From Planctomycetota bacterium (lineage in GTDB: Bacteria > Planctomycetota > SZUA-567 > H5-PLA8), in the NCBI GenBank assembly GCA_038227875.1, contig JBBRPR010000010.1, forward strand, positions 1 through 64,000: a DNA stretch of 64,000 bases. Direction: 5' to 3'. A program made the translations under genes and the position numbers. Below are positions 36,347 through 46,443 of this stretch, one piece after another (position 1 is the first letter of the stretch; each line of letters starts with the position of its first letter). The notes under the pieces were generated by a model that saw only the letters and a list, made by a program, of their open reading frames with translations, was not told where the DNA came from and did no database searches.

Positions 36347-39300
36347 TTAGTCGTCGACGTTTTGTTCACCGACTGTTCCGCCGCCGTTCTTTTTCGGCGG
36401 AGGATCGTTGCGGGGCGGCGGATCATTGCGCGGCGGCGGAGGCGGCGCTTCGCGGCTGATCACGTCCAACCGGTCGAGCGCGTTCTTCATGTCGTCGGCG
36501 ATGAATGCTTTGTCCTTGGTCAGCTTCGTGGAGATGGCGCTGGCGTCCTTCATGCTCGCGGCAAGCTGTCCCAGAGCTGCATTCGGCAGCGCCTGTAACT
36601 TGGCCACGGCCGTGTTGTATTGTGCTTTTTCCGCTTCGCCCTTGCCTGCACGCAAGCTCCGGCTTAGACGTTCCAGCTGCGTTCCGCTGGTGGCCACGAG
36701 CGTGTTGATGTCCGTCGAGGTCTGCTGGATCGCGTTCAACGCCAGGCTGAGATCTTTGACCTCCGTCTGCGTCGCAAATGCCGGGGGCACGCTGCGCAGT
36801 GCGGTCAGCGCGCCGTTGAGTTCCTTGGCAGCGAGCTTGTCCTTCACCTGCTGCATCACGGCCTTGTACTGGCCTTCGGCGGCGGCAAGGATGGCCTTGT
36901 TCAGATCGGCGACCTGCGAGTCGATCTTGGCCAATTCGGTTTTGAACGCATCCTTGTCAGTCATGTCGACCTTGAAGGCGTTGAGCGCTGCCACGGCATC
37001 TTCGGGCTTGAGCTTGGAAATTTCGGGAAGCTTCGCCTCGAAATTCTTGCGGATGCCGTCGAACTTGACTTTCAACGCGGCGGCGGCCTTTTCCTTTTCC
37101 CACGCCGCCGAAGCGGTGGCGAGCTTGGCCTTGACGGCTGCCGACTTGTCGGCCGCCGATTTGTCGCCGTCCGGTGCGAACGCCTTAGCTGCTTCGTAGC
37201 TGTCCATGGCCTTCTTCAGATCGGCCACCTGGGTTTCGAGCGGCTTGTCACCCACGCCGGTTTCGATCTTGCCGGCTTCGTCCATGTACTTTTTGAAGTT
37301 CTCGAGCTTCTCGGAGGCCTTTGCGGCTTCGGCCTTTTTCTGAAGGAGGAAGTCGCGCACGCCGTCGAGGCCGGGTCCCTTGGAATCGATCGCCAGGGCT
37401 TTGTCGTAATTTTCCTGCGCCTTGCCCGCGTCGCTATCGGAGACCGCTTTGCGCGCCAGCTGCGCGAACCCGTCGAACTCCTTCTTGTTTTTGATTCGCG
37501 TCTTGGTCTCGGCCAGACTCTTTTCAAGCTTCAGCAGGTCGGCGTCCTTGTCGTAAAACTTCCGCGCGTCCGCGAGATTCTTTTCGGCGGCGCTTGTGTC
37601 GCTGTCTTCAAGGGCGGCGGCGGCGGACTTGAGCAGGGAGAAGAATTCAACGTGCTTTTTCTTGTCCTCGAGGGCCGCGGTGAGCGACTTTTCGAGGTTC
37701 TTCGCGTCGGGATCGTCCGGGATCTTCGACAGCGCCTTGGCCAGCGCGACTTGAGCCTTGTCCAAATCCTGCTTGTCGAACAACCCCTTGGCATCGGTTA
37801 AGGCGGCGTTGAACTCGCTCTTGATTTCAGCCTTGCGCTTGTTCTCGCGCGCAATTCTCACTTCGTCGCCCAGCAGCTTGTCGACTTCGATCTTCGCCGC
37901 CTTGGCTTCATTGCGGTCCAGTCCGAGGTCAATGGCTTCCTGAAGGAGCGTGGCTTTCTTTTCGTTGTCGGTGGTTTCTTTGACCTGCTTGAGCAGCTTG
38001 TCGTAGCGCTCGGCCTTCAGCCGCTCGTCCAGAATCGCGGCGAACTTCTTCTGCATCTTGGCGAATTCGTCGGCCGACGGGATCAGGTATGGCGCTTCGC
38101 GCTGCAGCTTCGCGCGATCGTCTTCCGAGGGCAGCTTGCTCTGCGCGTCGGTGAGCGCCTTCATGGTTTCTTCGGTGACGGTTTCGGGCTTCTTGAGGAC
38201 GTCGTTGGCCTTGTTGAGGATGTCGACGAAGGCCTTGCGCTTGATTTCCGCTCCGCTCAGGAAGGCCATCAACTTCTGCTTTTCCTGGAACGTCTTGAGC
38301 GTTGAATCCTCGACAGCAAACTCGGTTGCCGCGTTCAGTTCTTTCTTGGCGCTGGCGAGGTCTTCTTTTTTGATGTAGGTGTCGACGAGTTGCAGCTTTT
38401 CCGTGAACTTGACGGTCTTGCCCGCGGCGTCGATTAAACCCTGGACACGCTTTTCGTCAGCTTCCAGCGTTTTCAGCGTGGCGACATCGGCAGCCTGCTT
38501 CAAGGGCAGCGACTGCGCCGTCATCAGGAACGATGAGGCCGAATCCATGTCGCCGGCCTTGGCGCTGTCTTCGGCTAGTTTCAGATTGTTGGCGTGCATG
38601 TTCTTCTGGAGCTGCAACTGTTTATCGGTCAGGGTGATGGTCGGCCCTTTGATTGTCGCCGAACCCGTTCCCGTTCCGGTTCCAACGCCCGTACCCGAAA
38701 CCACCGTTCCGGTGTCCGGACCCTTCTTCGTGAATGCATAGCCCAACCCGCCGGCGAGAATCAACACCGCCGCCGCGCCGGCCACGTACAAGCCGGTCTT
38801 GCCCTTTGCAGGTGCGCCGTCGCCAATCAGCGTCGGTTCGCCGGCTCCGGTGATGATCGTGCGCTGTCCGCCGCCGGCCGCTTGCTGGCGCGCCATGGAC
38901 ATGCCCGGGACCACGCCAATGTCGCCGCCGCCTTCGTCATCGTCGTCTTCGCTTTCGGGACCCGCGACCTGCTTGCGGCAGTGGCGCAGCGCCTTGAGCA
39001 ACTGTGTGGCGTCGCCGTAACGGTTGTCCTGTTTCTTGTCGAGGCACTTGTCGATGATGTCGCTGAACGTCTGCGAGACATCCGGGCGAACCTTGGTGAT
39101 CGGTTCGTGCGGTTCGTGCATCGTCGCCATCAGCACTTTCATGATGGCTTCGCCGCGGAACGGCGCCTTGCCGGTCAGCAGCGCGTACATCGTCGCGCCC
39201 ATGCCGAAGACGTCGGAACGCTTGTCGGCGGTTTTGGCGTCGAGGGCCTGTTCGGGCGCCATGTAACCGGGCGTGCCCATCGCGGCCTGCACGCCAGTGA

Positions 39301-40165
39301 GCGACTGGTTGCTCTCTTCGTTGCGGGCCAGGCCCAGGTCCATCAGCTTCGAGCGCCGGAGATCGAACTCCTTGGCGGAGTTGCGGCTCAGGTACGGCAC
39401 CATGATGTTTTCGGGCTTCAAATCGCGATGGACGATGTTGTTGTTGTGCGCGGCCTGCAAGCCGATCGTCGCCGCGATGATGATGTCGAGCGCTTCGCGT
39501 TCGGGAATACCCGGCTGGCCGCCTTCGAGCACCATCTTGAGGTACTGGCCGGCAGTGCGCCCCGGAACAAATTCCATGACGAGGAAGAAGAGTCCTGATT
39601 CTTCATTCACGTCCATGACGTTGACGAGATGCGGTGAACGGACCATCGCGGCGATCTGCGCTTCGCGGAAGAAGCGTTTGATCATGCCCGGGTCTTGTTC
39701 GGCCAGATGGAACGGCAGAACCTTGACGGCCACTTCGCTCTGCAAACGCGGATGGACGCCGTAATAAACCGCACCCATGCCGCCCTGTCCGATTTTGGCG
39801 AGCAACGGGATGCCGTTGAGCGAGGGGCACTGCTGGCCGCCGCTTTCCAAGCGGGGGGCGTCGCGCAACAGGCGTTCGCCGGAGAGATCCTGCGCGCCGA
39901 TGCTCGTGGCGGAAACAACGTGCGAAGTGCCGGTCATGTCGCCGGTGATGGTGGCCGACGCAGCCGAACCACGGCTGCCCGCGGAACTGGCCGGTTTGGC
40001 GATGTTAGCGGCCGACGGCGCAGGGCCGATTTGTGTGCGCTCACCGCCGTCGTCGGTGCCATATTTCATGGTTGGCGGCGTAAGTCCGTCCACGGCATTA
40101 CTGGCTGCAGCCGAGTCGGGGGCCCCCTTGGCGTCTTTGGCGTCACCCTTACCACTAGCTGCCAT
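36347..40165 (-). CDS. membrane Ser/Thr kinase with long extracytoplasmic TPR-like helical region
   Basis: GQGGMG, AVK, HRDLKPEN, DLG, GTPGYMAPE. One TM (VAGAAAVLILAGGLGYAF), then ~750 aa of Ala/Lys-rich helices. Confidence 0.92.
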   Translation of the reverse strand: MAASGKGDAKDAKGAPDSAAASNAVDGLTPPTMKYGTDDGGERTQIGPAPSAANIAKPASSAGSRGSAASATITGDMTGTSHVVSATSIGAQDLSGERLLRDAPRLESGGQQCPSLNGIPLLAKIGQGGMGAVYYGVHPRLQSEVAVKVLPFHLAEQDPGMIKRFFREAQIAAMVRSPHLVNVMDVNEESGLFFLVMEFVPGRTAGQYLKMVLEGGQPGIPEREALDIIIAATIGLQAAHNNNIVHRDLKPENIMVPYLSRNSAKEFDLRRSKLMDLGLARNEESNQSLTGVQAAMGTPGYMAPEQALDAKTADKRSDVFGMGATMYALLTGKAPFRGEAIMKVLMATMHEPHEPITKVRPDVSQTFSDIIDKCLDKKQDNRYGDATQLLKALRHCRKQVAGPESEDDDDEGGGDIGVVPGMSMARQQAAGGGQRTIITGAGEPTLIGDGAPAKGKTGLYVAGAAAVLILAGGLGYAFTKKGPDTGTVVSGTGVGTGTGTGSATIKGPTITLTDKQLQLQKNMHANNLKLAEDSAKAGDMDSASSFLMTAQSLPLKQAADVATLKTLEADEKRVQGLIDAAGKTVKFTEKLQLVDTYIKKEDLASAKKELNAATEFAVEDSTLKTFQEKQKLMAFLSGAEIKRKAFVDILNKANDVLKKPETVTEETMKALTDAQSKLPSEDDRAKLQREAPYLIPSADEFAKMQKKFAAILDERLKAERYDKLLKQVKETTDNEKKATLLQEAIDLGLDRNEAKAAKIEVDKLLGDEVRIARENKRKAEIKSEFNAALTDAKGLFDKQDLDKAQVALAKALSKIPDDPDAKNLEKSLTAALEDKKKHVEFFSLLKSAAAALEDSDTSAAEKNLADARKFYDKDADLLKLEKSLAETKTRIKNKKEFDGFAQLARKAVSDSDAGKAQENYDKALAIDSKGPGLDGVRDFLLQKKAEAAKASEKLENFKKYMDEAGKIETGVGDKPLETQVADLKKAMDSYEAAKAFAPDGDKSAADKSAAVKAKLATASAAWEKEKAAAALKVKFDGIRKNFEAKLPEISKLKPEDAVAALNAFKVDMTDKDAFKTELAKIDSQVADLNKAILAAAEGQYKAVMQQVKDKLAAKELNGALTALRSVPPAFATQTEVKDLSLALNAIQQTSTDINTLVATSGTQLERLSRSLRAGKGEAEKAQYNTAVAKLQALPNAALGQLAASMKDASAISTKLTKDKAFIADDMKNALDRLDVISREAPPPPPRNDPPPRNDPPPKKNGGGTVGEQNVDD

Positions 40166-40410
40166 CGATACTCCTCGTGATCAAAGCGTGGCTGGCGCGA
40201 AGATTAAGAATCCAGCTTGAGACCTTACCCTAAGTAGTGGTAAACGCAAGATATCTACTTTTAAATATCCAGCGCCTACCAGCCGGGCGGGCGCCCAACC
40301 TCTTTGGGTATTCAAACCCAAAAAAGTTTTGGTAATTCCCGGAGATTCTCAAGAACCATGAACATTGTGGGGTTTAGCGCTGCACAGGTTGAACGGTGGG
40401 CGTTTCGGAT

Positions 40411-40439
40411 TGGACAAGGACTGTGTTAAATTTTAGGAT
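40411..40439 (+). promoter_or_regulatory. putative sigma70 promoter of porin 1
   Basis: TGGACA-17 bp-TAGGAT. Confidence 0.45.
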
Positions 40440-40497
40440 GTTCAGAGATTCCCCGTTTTCCATGAAAACTGCTTGACCTCATTTTGAGGGTTCCGCG

Positions 40498-42069
40498 ATG
40501 CGTTCGTCGTTGTTTTTCGTCGCTCTTATCCTGATGATCCCGGTGGTTGCGCAGGCCGGCCAGGGCGAAGATCTGCGCGCTGAAGTCGACAAACTTCGCA
40601 CGGAAATCGGCAAACGGGAAGCGTCCTCCGCGTCATCGTCCCCCATCGGCCGTACGGAAAGCGCGTTGGACAGCAGGTACGGTCCTGACGCCACAGTGAC
40701 GACGAAATCCGCCAAGTTGACGGTGGGCGGGTTGACGCAGGTTTGGTATCAGTCGATTCAGAACGACCACACAGGCATTGTCCGTCCCGGGGGCAATAAT
40801 GCCCTGCCCGACAAAGAACCCAACGGGCTGAACGACCGCGACACGTTTCGAATCCGGCGGACGGAAATCCGATTTGATGCGGCCATTTCAGAGAACATCA
40901 CCGGCTTTGTCATGATTTCACCCACGCGGGACGGCGGTATCACGTATCAGCCCGTACCGACTTTCGCGTTGCACAACGAAATCGTGTCCAACCCGATGCT
41001 GGCTTCCGGATCGGGATTGCAGTTGGGCGATGTCATCATTCCGCGCCTGCTGCAGGATGCGTACATCAATTTTCACGGTGTGATTCCGCACCATGATTTC
41101 ACCATTGGCCAATTCAAACCGCCGGCGGGTGAAGAGTCCTGGCGCAACAGCGGGCAGCTCGATTTTGTGGAACGGGCGATGGTCAATTACATCAACAATG
41201 TTCACGATGTGGGCGTGATGGTTCACGGCGACTGGCTCAGTGGCCGGCTGCAATACTGGGCAGGTGCCTTCAACGGTTCCAATTCGTATCTGATCGACCC
41301 CGAGCTGTTCGAAGGCGGAAACCGCACGGACAGCAACGACCAGAAGGACATCGCCGAACGCATTGCCGTCAATCCCGTCTGGAGCACCGACAAATGGTAC
41401 GGCCGATTGCAGTTGGGCGGGAGCCGCACCGACGGACTGCACGGTGAGTCCGGCCAGGGCTACGATCTAACTCTGGCGACCAATGGGTTGAACCGCCAGC
41501 GCACCTGGGTCAACCGCAATGCCGCCTGGATCTGGTACCGGCCGAACGGCACAGCCAAGGGTTTATGGGTGCGCGGTGAATGGGGAAGCGAGCACGACCG
41601 CTACGATCCGTTTTTCCGCACCAACCTGCTGAATCTCGGCTCGGCCGCAGGATTTCCGCTGACCTATCCCAACGGTGACACCTTCAGCTCGGCCGGACAA
41701 TCACATCCGGCGCCAGTAACGCTCGCGGGGTACTTCGGCGCGGTGGGCTACAAGCTCTCCGACAGCGTGTTCTCGGAGCGTCTCAAAAACTGCGACGGAC
41801 TGCTGGGGCGGTTCCTGATCAATATGGAATTCGCCTTTCGTTTCGAGTCCTATCAAAACGTAGCCTCCGAATCGCTCACCAATCCCGACCGGGCGACAGA
41901 TCTGTTTGAAACGCGCGTCTTTACGTCGGGAGTCAACTATTACATCAAGGGTCACGATGCCAAGATTCAGATCAATTACGATCACGTCATGGACCCGCAG
42001 AACCGGAACCGCGGGATTCATTCCTACAAGAACGACGTGCTTGTGGTGAATTTTCAACTGATGTTCTAA
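40498..42069 (+). CDS. outer-membrane porin (OprO/OprP-like), paralogue 1
   Basis: Signal peptide, short coiled coil, DTFRIRRTEI, LQDAYI, GQFKPP, LDFVER, C-terminal Phe (NFQLMF). Confidence 0.8.
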   Translation: MRSSLFFVALILMIPVVAQAGQGEDLRAEVDKLRTEIGKREASSASSSPIGRTESALDSRYGPDATVTTKSAKLTVGGLTQVWYQSIQNDHTGIVRPGGNNALPDKEPNGLNDRDTFRIRRTEIRFDAAISENITGFVMISPTRDGGITYQPVPTFALHNEIVSNPMLASGSGLQLGDVIIPRLLQDAYINFHGVIPHHDFTIGQFKPPAGEESWRNSGQLDFVERAMVNYINNVHDVGVMVHGDWLSGRLQYWAGAFNGSNSYLIDPELFEGGNRTDSNDQKDIAERIAVNPVWSTDKWYGRLQLGGSRTDGLHGESGQGYDLTLATNGLNRQRTWVNRNAAWIWYRPNGTAKGLWVRGEWGSEHDRYDPFFRTNLLNLGSAAGFPLTYPNGDTFSSAGQSHPAPVTLAGYFGAVGYKLSDSVFSERLKNCDGLLGRFLINMEFAFRFESYQNVASESLTNPDRATDLFETRVFTSGVNYYIKGHDAKIQINYDHVMDPQNRNRGIHSYKNDVLVVNFQLMF

Positions 42070-42129
42070 AACCGACACGACGATCCAGTGCTCAAAAAGG
42101 CACAGGGGCATTTTCCTGTCGAATCGACG

Positions 42130-42158
42130 TTGACAAGGTGTTTACCTGGCTTTAGGGT
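42130..42158 (+). promoter_or_regulatory. putative sigma70 promoter of porin 2
   Basis: TTGACA-17 bp-TAGGGT, with a GGAGG SD downstream. Confidence 0.55.
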
Positions 42159-42206
42159 ATCGCGACTTCCATACATAAATGTTGTGCATAACCGGAGGGA
42201 GTTCTA

Positions 42207-43784
42207 ATGTCGCGTATTTTGGTGGCGTTGTTGGCCGCTTTAACATTGAGTGTGAGTGTTGGCCTTGCCCACGCCGCGCAGGTTGAAGATTTGCGCGCCG
42301 AGGTCGAGAAGCTGCGCGCTGAAATCGGCAAACGCGAAGCCGATCCGGCCGCGCCCGTGGCCCGCGCGGAGTCGATCCTGGACAGCCGTTACGGTCCCAA
42401 CGCCAAAGTCACTACCAAGAACGGCAAGCTGACGATTGGCGGATTGGTGCAGGTCTGGTATCAGTCGATCCAGAATGACCACACCGGCGTCGTCCGCCCG
42501 GGTGGCATGAACGCGCTGCCGGACAAGGAACCCAACGGTCTCAACGACCGCGACACGTTCCGCGTTCGCCGCACGGAAATGCGCTTCAACATCGACATCA
42601 CTGAAAACGTCAACGGCTTTATCCTTCTCGATCCGAGCCGCGAAGGAAACATCACCTTTACGCCAGTTCCGACCTTTCCGCTGCACAATGCCGTGCTGAC
42701 CAACGCGCGCCTGGCCACGGGCTCCGGACAGCAGGCCGGCAACAGCATCATCCCCCAGCTCCTTCAGGACGCATACATTAATTATCACGGCGTGATTCCG
42801 CACCACGATATCACGGTCGGTCAGTTCAAGCCGCCGTCAGGTGAAGAAGCGTGGCGCAACAGCGGCCAGCTCGACTTCGTCGAACGCGCGATGGTGACCA
42901 GCATTAACAACGTCCGCGACATTGGCGTCATGGTTCACGGGTCCTGGATCGACGGCCGCGTACAGTACTGGGTCGGTGCGTTCAACGGTCCGGACGGCAC
43001 GGTGCTGACCGACCCCGAAATCGTCGAAGGCGGAAACCGCGTCGACACCAACGATCAGAAAGACATCGCCGAACGCATCGCGGTCAATCCGGTCTGGAGC
43101 ACGGAAAAGTGGTACGGCCGCGTGCAGGTGGGTGGCGCCCGGACCGATGGCGTGCATGGTGAATCCGGCCAGGGCTTCGATCTGACCCGCGCCGTCAACG
43201 GCATCAATCGCGAACGCACGTGGATCAGCCGCAGTGCCGCCTGGATCTGGTACCGCCCGAACGGCGTGGCCAAGGGCATGTGGGTGCGCGCAGAATACGG
43301 CAACCAGCACGACCGCTACGATCCGCGCTTCCGCACCAATCTGTTGAATCTCGGTTCAGCCTCCGGCTTCCCGCTGGTCTACCCGAACGGCGATGCGTTC
43401 AGCTCCGCCGGTCAGGCTGCGCCCACGGCGATCACCGCTTCCGGTTACTATGCCGCTGTCGGCTACAAGCTCTCCGAAAGCATCTTCGCCGAACGCCTGA
43501 AGAACTGCAGCGGTTTCGTGGGCAAGTTCCTCCACGACATGGAATTCGCCTTCCGCTTCGAAGCCTATGATAACGTTGCGGCCGAATCGATCACCAACCC
43601 GGATCGCAACACGGATCTGTTCCAGACGAAGGTGTTCACCTCCGGCATCAACTACTACATCAAGGGCCACGATGCCAAGATCCAGTTGAACTACGATCAC
43701 GTGGAAGACCCGCAGAATCAGAACCGCGGCATCCACTCCTTCAAGAACGACGTCTTCGTGGCGAACTTCCAGTTGATGTTCTAA
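42207..43784 (+). CDS. outer-membrane porin (OprO/OprP-like), paralogue 2
   Basis: Collinear and highly similar to 40498-42069, with the same motifs and terminal Phe. Confidence 0.8.
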   Translation: MSRILVALLAALTLSVSVGLAHAAQVEDLRAEVEKLRAEIGKREADPAAPVARAESILDSRYGPNAKVTTKNGKLTIGGLVQVWYQSIQNDHTGVVRPGGMNALPDKEPNGLNDRDTFRVRRTEMRFNIDITENVNGFILLDPSREGNITFTPVPTFPLHNAVLTNARLATGSGQQAGNSIIPQLLQDAYINYHGVIPHHDITVGQFKPPSGEEAWRNSGQLDFVERAMVTSINNVRDIGVMVHGSWIDGRVQYWVGAFNGPDGTVLTDPEIVEGGNRVDTNDQKDIAERIAVNPVWSTEKWYGRVQVGGARTDGVHGESGQGFDLTRAVNGINRERTWISRSAAWIWYRPNGVAKGMWVRAEYGNQHDRYDPRFRTNLLNLGSASGFPLVYPNGDAFSSAGQAAPTAITASGYYAAVGYKLSESIFAERLKNCSGFVGKFLHDMEFAFRFEAYDNVAAESITNPDRNTDLFQTKVFTSGINYYIKGHDAKIQLNYDHVEDPQNQNRGIHSFKNDVFVANFQLMF

Positions 43785-43806
43785 GCCAGGACGGACGGGT
43801 AAAATT

Positions 43807-43849
43807 AAACGGGGTGCAAGGCTGACGCTTTTGCACCCCGTTTTGTTTT
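43807..43849 (+). terminator. intrinsic terminator after porin 2
   Basis: AAACGGGGTGCAA...TTGCACCCCGTTT followed by a T-rich tail. Confidence 0.75.
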
Positions 43850-43852
43850 AGG

Positions 43853-44090
43853 AACCGATGGGATCGGGCGAACGTCCGAACAGACGGCATCGGGGATCGG
43901 GCGAACGTTCGAACAGATGGCATCGGGGATCGGGCATCAGGCATCGGTCATTGGGTGCGAGCGGCTGGCTCAATATGTACCGCTGCAAATGGTACGCGCG
44001 GCAACTTCCCGCGAGGGGTGGGTGAGCGGACGCGGGGAACGTCGCACCGATTAACGAATGCCCGATGCCCGATCCCCGATGCCATCGGTT
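43853..44090. repeat. inverted-repeat element built from GGCATCG/GGGATCG heptamers with an internal 33-bp tandem duplication
   Basis: 33-bp units at 43860-43892 and 43893-43925. The right arm 44058-44090 is the reverse complement of AACCGATGGCATCGGGGATCGGGCATCGGGCAT. Inner pair GGTGCGA/TCGCACC. Confidence 0.8.
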
Positions 44091-44105
44091 ACCGTACCGC
44101 CCGCC

Positions 44106-45005
44106 TCACTCCTTCTCATACACCCGCACGTAGTCGATCAAAAACTTCTGCGGGAGGATCGCGTCGTCGACGCCCTTCGCGCCGCCCCAGCCGCCGCCGA
44201 TCGCGAAGTTCAGGATCAGGAACTGCGGCTTGTCGTACGGCCACGTGTCGACATTACCTTTGCCGTCGTTCTCAAAAGAGAAGACCTTCTTTTCGTCGAA
44301 GAGGAACGTGATTTCTTTTTTCGTCCATTCGATCGCGTAGACGTGGAAGTCGTCGAAGGGCTTCACGGCTTCTTCGCGGTGGCCCTTGGCGGTGTGTTTG
44401 ACGTGGTTGAACGCTTCGGTGTGAACGGTGGTATGAATGCCGTTGGGATCGAAGCCGACGTTCTCGAGAATGTCGATCTCACCGCACTTCGGCCAGCTGA
44501 CCTGATGGATGTTGGTGCCGAGCATCCAGATCGCCGGCCACGTGCCGCGTCCCGTGGGGATTTTCGCGCGGACTTCGAAGCGGCCGTAGGTCCAGCTCAC
44601 CGTTTTTTCCGTGGTCACACTGGCCGAGGTAACGTCCGCAAACTCGCGCGAATGATTCCACTCCTTGGAGTTCTTGTCGAATTTGGCGTTGGGCAGTCGT
44701 TCCTTGCGGGCTTCGATCACCAGGTTTCCGCCCTCGATGCGCGCGTTCTCGGAGCGGTCGGTGTAGTACTGCGTTTCACCGTTGCGGATGAACCCGGTTT
44801 CGAAGCCCCATTTTTTAGGATCGGGCGCGCCGTCCTTGTCGAACTCATCGTTCCAGACCAACTTCCAGCCGGGGCGCGCGGTGTTCTTGGGATCCGGCGA
44901 CGGGGCTGCGACTGCTGGCTTCTCTGCGTCGGCGGCCTGCGCCACCGCGCCCGAATTCCACAGCAGTGCCACGGCCGCCAGTAAGCCGACGTATCGAAAC
45001 ATCAT
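44106..45005 (-). CDS. secreted glycoside hydrolase family 16 (beta-glucanase/laminarinase-like)
   Basis: Signal peptide, WKLVWNDEF, WPAIWML, catalytic GEIDILE, DYVRVY. Confidence 0.93.
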   Translation of the reverse strand: MMFRYVGLLAAVALLWNSGAVAQAADAEKPAVAAPSPDPKNTARPGWKLVWNDEFDKDGAPDPKKWGFETGFIRNGETQYYTDRSENARIEGGNLVIEARKERLPNAKFDKNSKEWNHSREFADVTSASVTTEKTVSWTYGRFEVRAKIPTGRGTWPAIWMLGTNIHQVSWPKCGEIDILENVGFDPNGIHTTVHTEAFNHVKHTAKGHREEAVKPFDDFHVYAIEWTKKEITFLFDEKKVFSFENDGKGNVDTWPYDKPQFLILNFAIGGGWGGAKGVDDAILPQKFLIDYVRVYEKE

Positions 45006-45015
45006 GCATGCCTCC

Positions 45016-46422
45016 TTAAACGTACTCCAACATCGGTCCGACAGCGCTGTTCACACCGGCAACGGGCAGGGCAAGGGCAGGGGGAGTTATGGGTACCGCC
45101 AGGCGCCGGGCCTGTCCCGTATAAAAACGCGCGGCAAGGATAATTAAAAATCCGTCGAACGGAATGCGATACCGCGGTTCGCCCATCGTTAGAAAAACTG
45201 TGACAATCAGGCCCAGCACCGGAAGAAAGACGAACAGATCGCCGAACGCCGCGGGCTTCAACGTCAGCATCGCCCGCCAGTGTCTGGAGAAGTAAATAAA
45301 GATGGGGATCAGGATCACGACCAGGAAGATGTGCTGAAACGTCATCACCCAGCGCCGATCGCTCGTGCTGCACGTCGGCCAGGGCAACGATCCGTAAAAC
45401 GTATCGAAGACGTGATCGAACGAGAGCTGGATGCTTTCGCCTTTGTGTCTGTAAATCCATTTCCATGCCACCTGCATGATCTGATCGCTGTCGTACACGC
45501 CAAAGGCATACACCGACTTTCCGTCGTTTCCGCGCTCAACATGCGTGGGATTGTAGGAATTAAAATACCAATTGCGCTTATCGTCGTTGAAAAAGAGATT
45601 GCCATAGTGGCCATGGTGTCCCGTCAGGAACATCAGCGCGCCGTTGGTGGAGAGCAGCACCGGCCGGTTCTCGTTCAAGCGCGTGACGTGTACGGCCACC
45701 GGCAGCATCACCGCCGACGCCGCCAGCAGCGCCGCGCCCTGAATCAGCAGGATGCGTTTACGCTGGCGTTTCCAGAAGATGCAAATCAGGAACACGCTCA
45801 TCAGTGCCGCGGGCATCAGCGCCTGGCCTTTAAATTCCGCGCTCACCGCGAAGGCCAGGCCGGACAGAACCCCCCAGCCGATGGCTCTGCGCGTGGTACT
45901 GGTCAGCAGCGCACGCAGCAGCGCGGCGAGACTCAGCAACATCAACAGCGTGAACGGCGTCTCGGCCATGAAGTAGCCGGTGTAATCGATGAACGGAAAC
46001 CAGAGGCTCGCGAGAATCAAACTCAGCCACGCCACCCGCGTGTCAAAGAGCGTCCGCGCGAGGTACGCAATCAGCATCGGAACGGCCAGCGCCATCAGCC
46101 ACTGCAACGTCAGCATCAGTTGCCAGGATGGATCCAGCGCGTACGTGGCCGCGAGCAAGTAGCCGGTCGCGGGCGGATAGAGCGTGTCGTAGATGGTGCC
46201 GGGATAGCCGGGTTCAAGCAGGCGCTTGGCGTAGTCCACGTACCAGGCCATGTCGCTGTAGACATAGTCAGTCGGCGGGTGCGCGTAGAAAATCCAATAG
46301 TAGCGCCAGATCGCGCCGACGAGGTACGCCAGGACACCCAATCGCGCCCAGCGCACGCGGGCGCGGACCTCGGCCGGAGAACTCTCAGCCGCGGATGTTG
46401 GGCTTGGCGCATCCGTCAGCAA
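45016..46422 (-). CDS. ArnT/GT39-like GT-C membrane glycosyltransferase
   Basis: First-loop YSDMAWY, YPP, MAETPF, multiple TMs, EPRYRIP. Confidence 0.7.
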   Translation of the reverse strand: MLTDAPSPTSAAESSPAEVRARVRWARLGVLAYLVGAIWRYYWIFYAHPPTDYVYSDMAWYVDYAKRLLEPGYPGTIYDTLYPPATGYLLAATYALDPSWQLMLTLQWLMALAVPMLIAYLARTLFDTRVAWLSLILASLWFPFIDYTGYFMAETPFTLLMLLSLAALLRALLTSTTRRAIGWGVLSGLAFAVSAEFKGQALMPAALMSVFLICIFWKRQRKRILLIQGAALLAASAVMLPVAVHVTRLNENRPVLLSTNGALMFLTGHHGHYGNLFFNDDKRNWYFNSYNPTHVERGNDGKSVYAFGVYDSDQIMQVAWKWIYRHKGESIQLSFDHVFDTFYGSLPWPTCSTSDRRWVMTFQHIFLVVILIPIFIYFSRHWRAMLTLKPAAFGDLFVFLPVLGLIVTVFLTMGEPRYRIPFDGFLIILAARFYTGQARRLAVPITPPALALPVAGVNSAVGPMLEYV

Positions 46423-46443
46423 ACGTTTCCAATCCTTGGTTTC

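Noticed and set aside
43860..43935. 33-bp direct repeats as a mini-CRISPR
   Set aside because: The units are directly adjacent with no spacers, and there are no cas genes in the window.
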